DNA of 64,000 bases, from NCBI GenBank assembly GCA_965261345.1, contig OZ253449.1:480001-544000 (forward strand). Direction: 5' to 3'. Positions 62,307 through 64,000 of this stretch are shown here, piece after piece. Positions within the stretch are counted from its first letter, which is position 1; every line of letters starts with the position of its first letter. The stretch comes from Chloroflexota bacterium (GTDB lineage: Bacteria > Chloroflexota > UBA11872 > VXNJ01). The position numbers were made by a program, and so were the translations under genes. The notes beneath the pieces were generated by a model. The model saw only the letters and a list, made by a program, of their open reading frames with translations. It was not told the DNA's origin and ran no database searches.

Positions 62307-63899
62307 TTAGGAAGGGCGCCGCCGGCCGGCCCACGGAATGTGGCCCAAACGCGAGCTTAGTACCGCCAACAGGATCCGGGGCTGTTCCAAGCCCAGGGCC
62401 AAGGTTATTCCCAGGTAAGCCAAGCCCGACATCGAAAGGATTGCGATTATTCCGACTCCTTCCAGGCCGGCCCCAAGATGCAGCGATGAGAGCACCTCCA
62501 CCGCCAGCCAAGCGCCGGCGGCCACCAGCAGGCTGGCGACGGCAATGACCCACAGGCCGCGGTCGGGTCGAATCGCGAGTCCCAGGCGCCGCAGCCAGAC
62601 GTATAGCACGATCACCTCGACCAGCACCCCGATCGAGACCCCCAGGGCGATGCCGGCCACCGCAAATGGGCCGGCCAGCGCCCAGGACAAGAGCATGTGC
62701 AGAAAAAGGCTGGCGGAGATGATCAGGACCGGCCGCCGGGTGTCCTGCCGAGCGTAATAGATTCGCGTTAACACCTCGGCCAGGCTGTGGCCTACCAGTC
62801 CGACCGCCAACGCTGACAGGACCACTCCAGTGGCCGCACTGGCGGACGCGTCGAAGGCACCGCGCTCAAACAGTACTGCCACCAGTGGTTCGCCCAACAA
62901 AATCATCATCAGGCTGGCCGGCACGGTCGCGAAAAGGATGTAGGTCAAGGCCGCCGAGGCGGTCGCCGCGAGGGCAGCCGTATCGCCGCGGGCATGCTGG
63001 TCGGAAAACCTCGGTAGGACCGCCTCGGCGTAGGGAATCGCCAGCACGCCGAGCGGAAACAGAAGCAGCAGCCAGGCATTGCCAAAGGCCGCCACGCCCG
63101 ATGGTCCCTGCAAGGAAGCTAAATAGTTGACGAAGAAGAAGCTCAGCTGGATAACCGCGAACCCGCCTAGCCGCGGCAGCATAAGTTCAACCACCCGCCG
63201 CCCCGGGCCGCTCAGCGCGATCATTGGTCGCCAGGCCAAGCCGCCCTTACGCAGGCCCGGCACCTGCACGATCACATGCAACAAGGCTCCGGCGATCGTT
63301 CCCCAGGCCAAGCCGATGATCCCCAGCGGTTCGGCCAGCAACAGCGCCCCGGCGATTACCCCCAGGTTGTAGAGCACCGGACCCACCGCCGGCAGCAAAA
63401 AATCGTTCTCGGCGTGCAATGCACCTTTAAATACCGCCGAAATGCCCAGCAGCAGCGGGGAAATCATCAGATAGCGAGTGGCCTCGACCGCCAACTCCCG
63501 GGTGGCCGGATCAAAACCGGGAACCAGGGCCCGCATCAGCGTCGGAGCAAAGACCGCCGCCAGCAAAGCGGTCACCGCAACGATCAACCCCAGCAGGTTC
63601 AGGACCCCTGAGAACAGCCGCTGACGCTCAGCCCGGGTACCGGTCCCGCGCAGCTGAACGTATACGGGAATGAACGCCGAAATCAGGGCCCCGCCGGCGA
63701 ACAGGGTAAAAAGCGTATCGGGGATGCGGAACGCGGCAAACCAGGCGTCGGCCTCCGGCCCAACCCCGAATTGGGCGTTGATTGCACCCTGCCGGACGAA
63801 TCCCAGCAGTCGGCTGGCCAGAAACATCGCACTGAGCAGAAATGCAACCCGGGCGACCGACCGACCCAGGCGGCGGCCGGCGAGCGATTGGTCGATCAC
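62307..63899 (-). CDS. murJ: Lipid II flippase MurJ (MviN)
   Basis: SRLLGFVR, AFRIPD, GALISAFIPV, PLGV, LFERGAFD, YYARQDTRRP. Confidence 0.93.
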   Translation of the reverse strand: MIDQSLAGRRLGRSVARVAFLLSAMFLASRLLGFVRQGAINAQFGVGPEADAWFAAFRIPDTLFTLFAGGALISAFIPVYVQLRGTGTRAERQRLFSGVLNLLGLIVAVTALLAAVFAPTLMRALVPGFDPATRELAVEATRYLMISPLLLGISAVFKGALHAENDFLLPAVGPVLYNLGVIAGALLLAEPLGIIGLAWGTIAGALLHVIVQVPGLRKGGLAWRPMIALSGPGRRVVELMLPRLGGFAVIQLSFFFVNYLASLQGPSGVAAFGNAWLLLLFPLGVLAIPYAEAVLPRFSDQHARGDTAALAATASAALTYILFATVPASLMMILLGEPLVAVLFERGAFDASASAATGVVLSALAVGLVGHSLAEVLTRIYYARQDTRRPVLIISASLFLHMLLSWALAGPFAVAGIALGVSIGVLVEVIVLYVWLRRLGLAIRPDRGLWVIAVASLLVAAGAWLAVEVLSSLHLGAGLEGVGIIAILSMSGLAYLGITLALGLEQPRILLAVLSSRLGHIPWAGRRRPS

Positions 63900-64000
63900 T
63901 CGGCCCGTTCGATGCGGATCAGATCACCGCCCGCGATCCGATCCAAATCCGGCATCGGGATTATTCGCAGTCGGCCCAGCGGAACCACCTTGCTGGCGGC

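Overview
GC-rich bacterial chromosome segment, mostly housekeeping. It is probably Chloroflexota; this is an inference from RNase Y, a Chloroflexota-type two-helix membrane domain, an HspR-type operator and actinobacterial-like PIM genes. In order it holds: lon-dnaK behind a sigma70 promoter overlapped by a HAIR-like operator; a shikimate operon (aroF, aroA, aroE-aroK fusion, aroB) followed by a membrane-anchored gamma-carbonic-anhydrase fusion, a MoaD-like protein and a frameshifted PHP gene; a small decayed accessory patch; rny-patA-pimA-pgsA and a glycosyltransferase/ligase envelope locus with folK-folC; two IS1182-family elements in tandem sharing CTAG target sites; then ppdK, dnaG-rpoD, gltBD, a divergent transketolase-like gene, hisHAFIE, lepA and murJ. 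The strongest unannotated signals are a Phe/Tyr-rich leader-peptide attenuator in front of the shikimate operon, ACG at the expected initiator position of gltD (and possibly the PHP gene), the membrane-domain/gamma-CA fusion, and a PIM plus LPS-core-like enzyme set in a probable monoderm. All family calls come from motif recognition by eye; no database searches were run.
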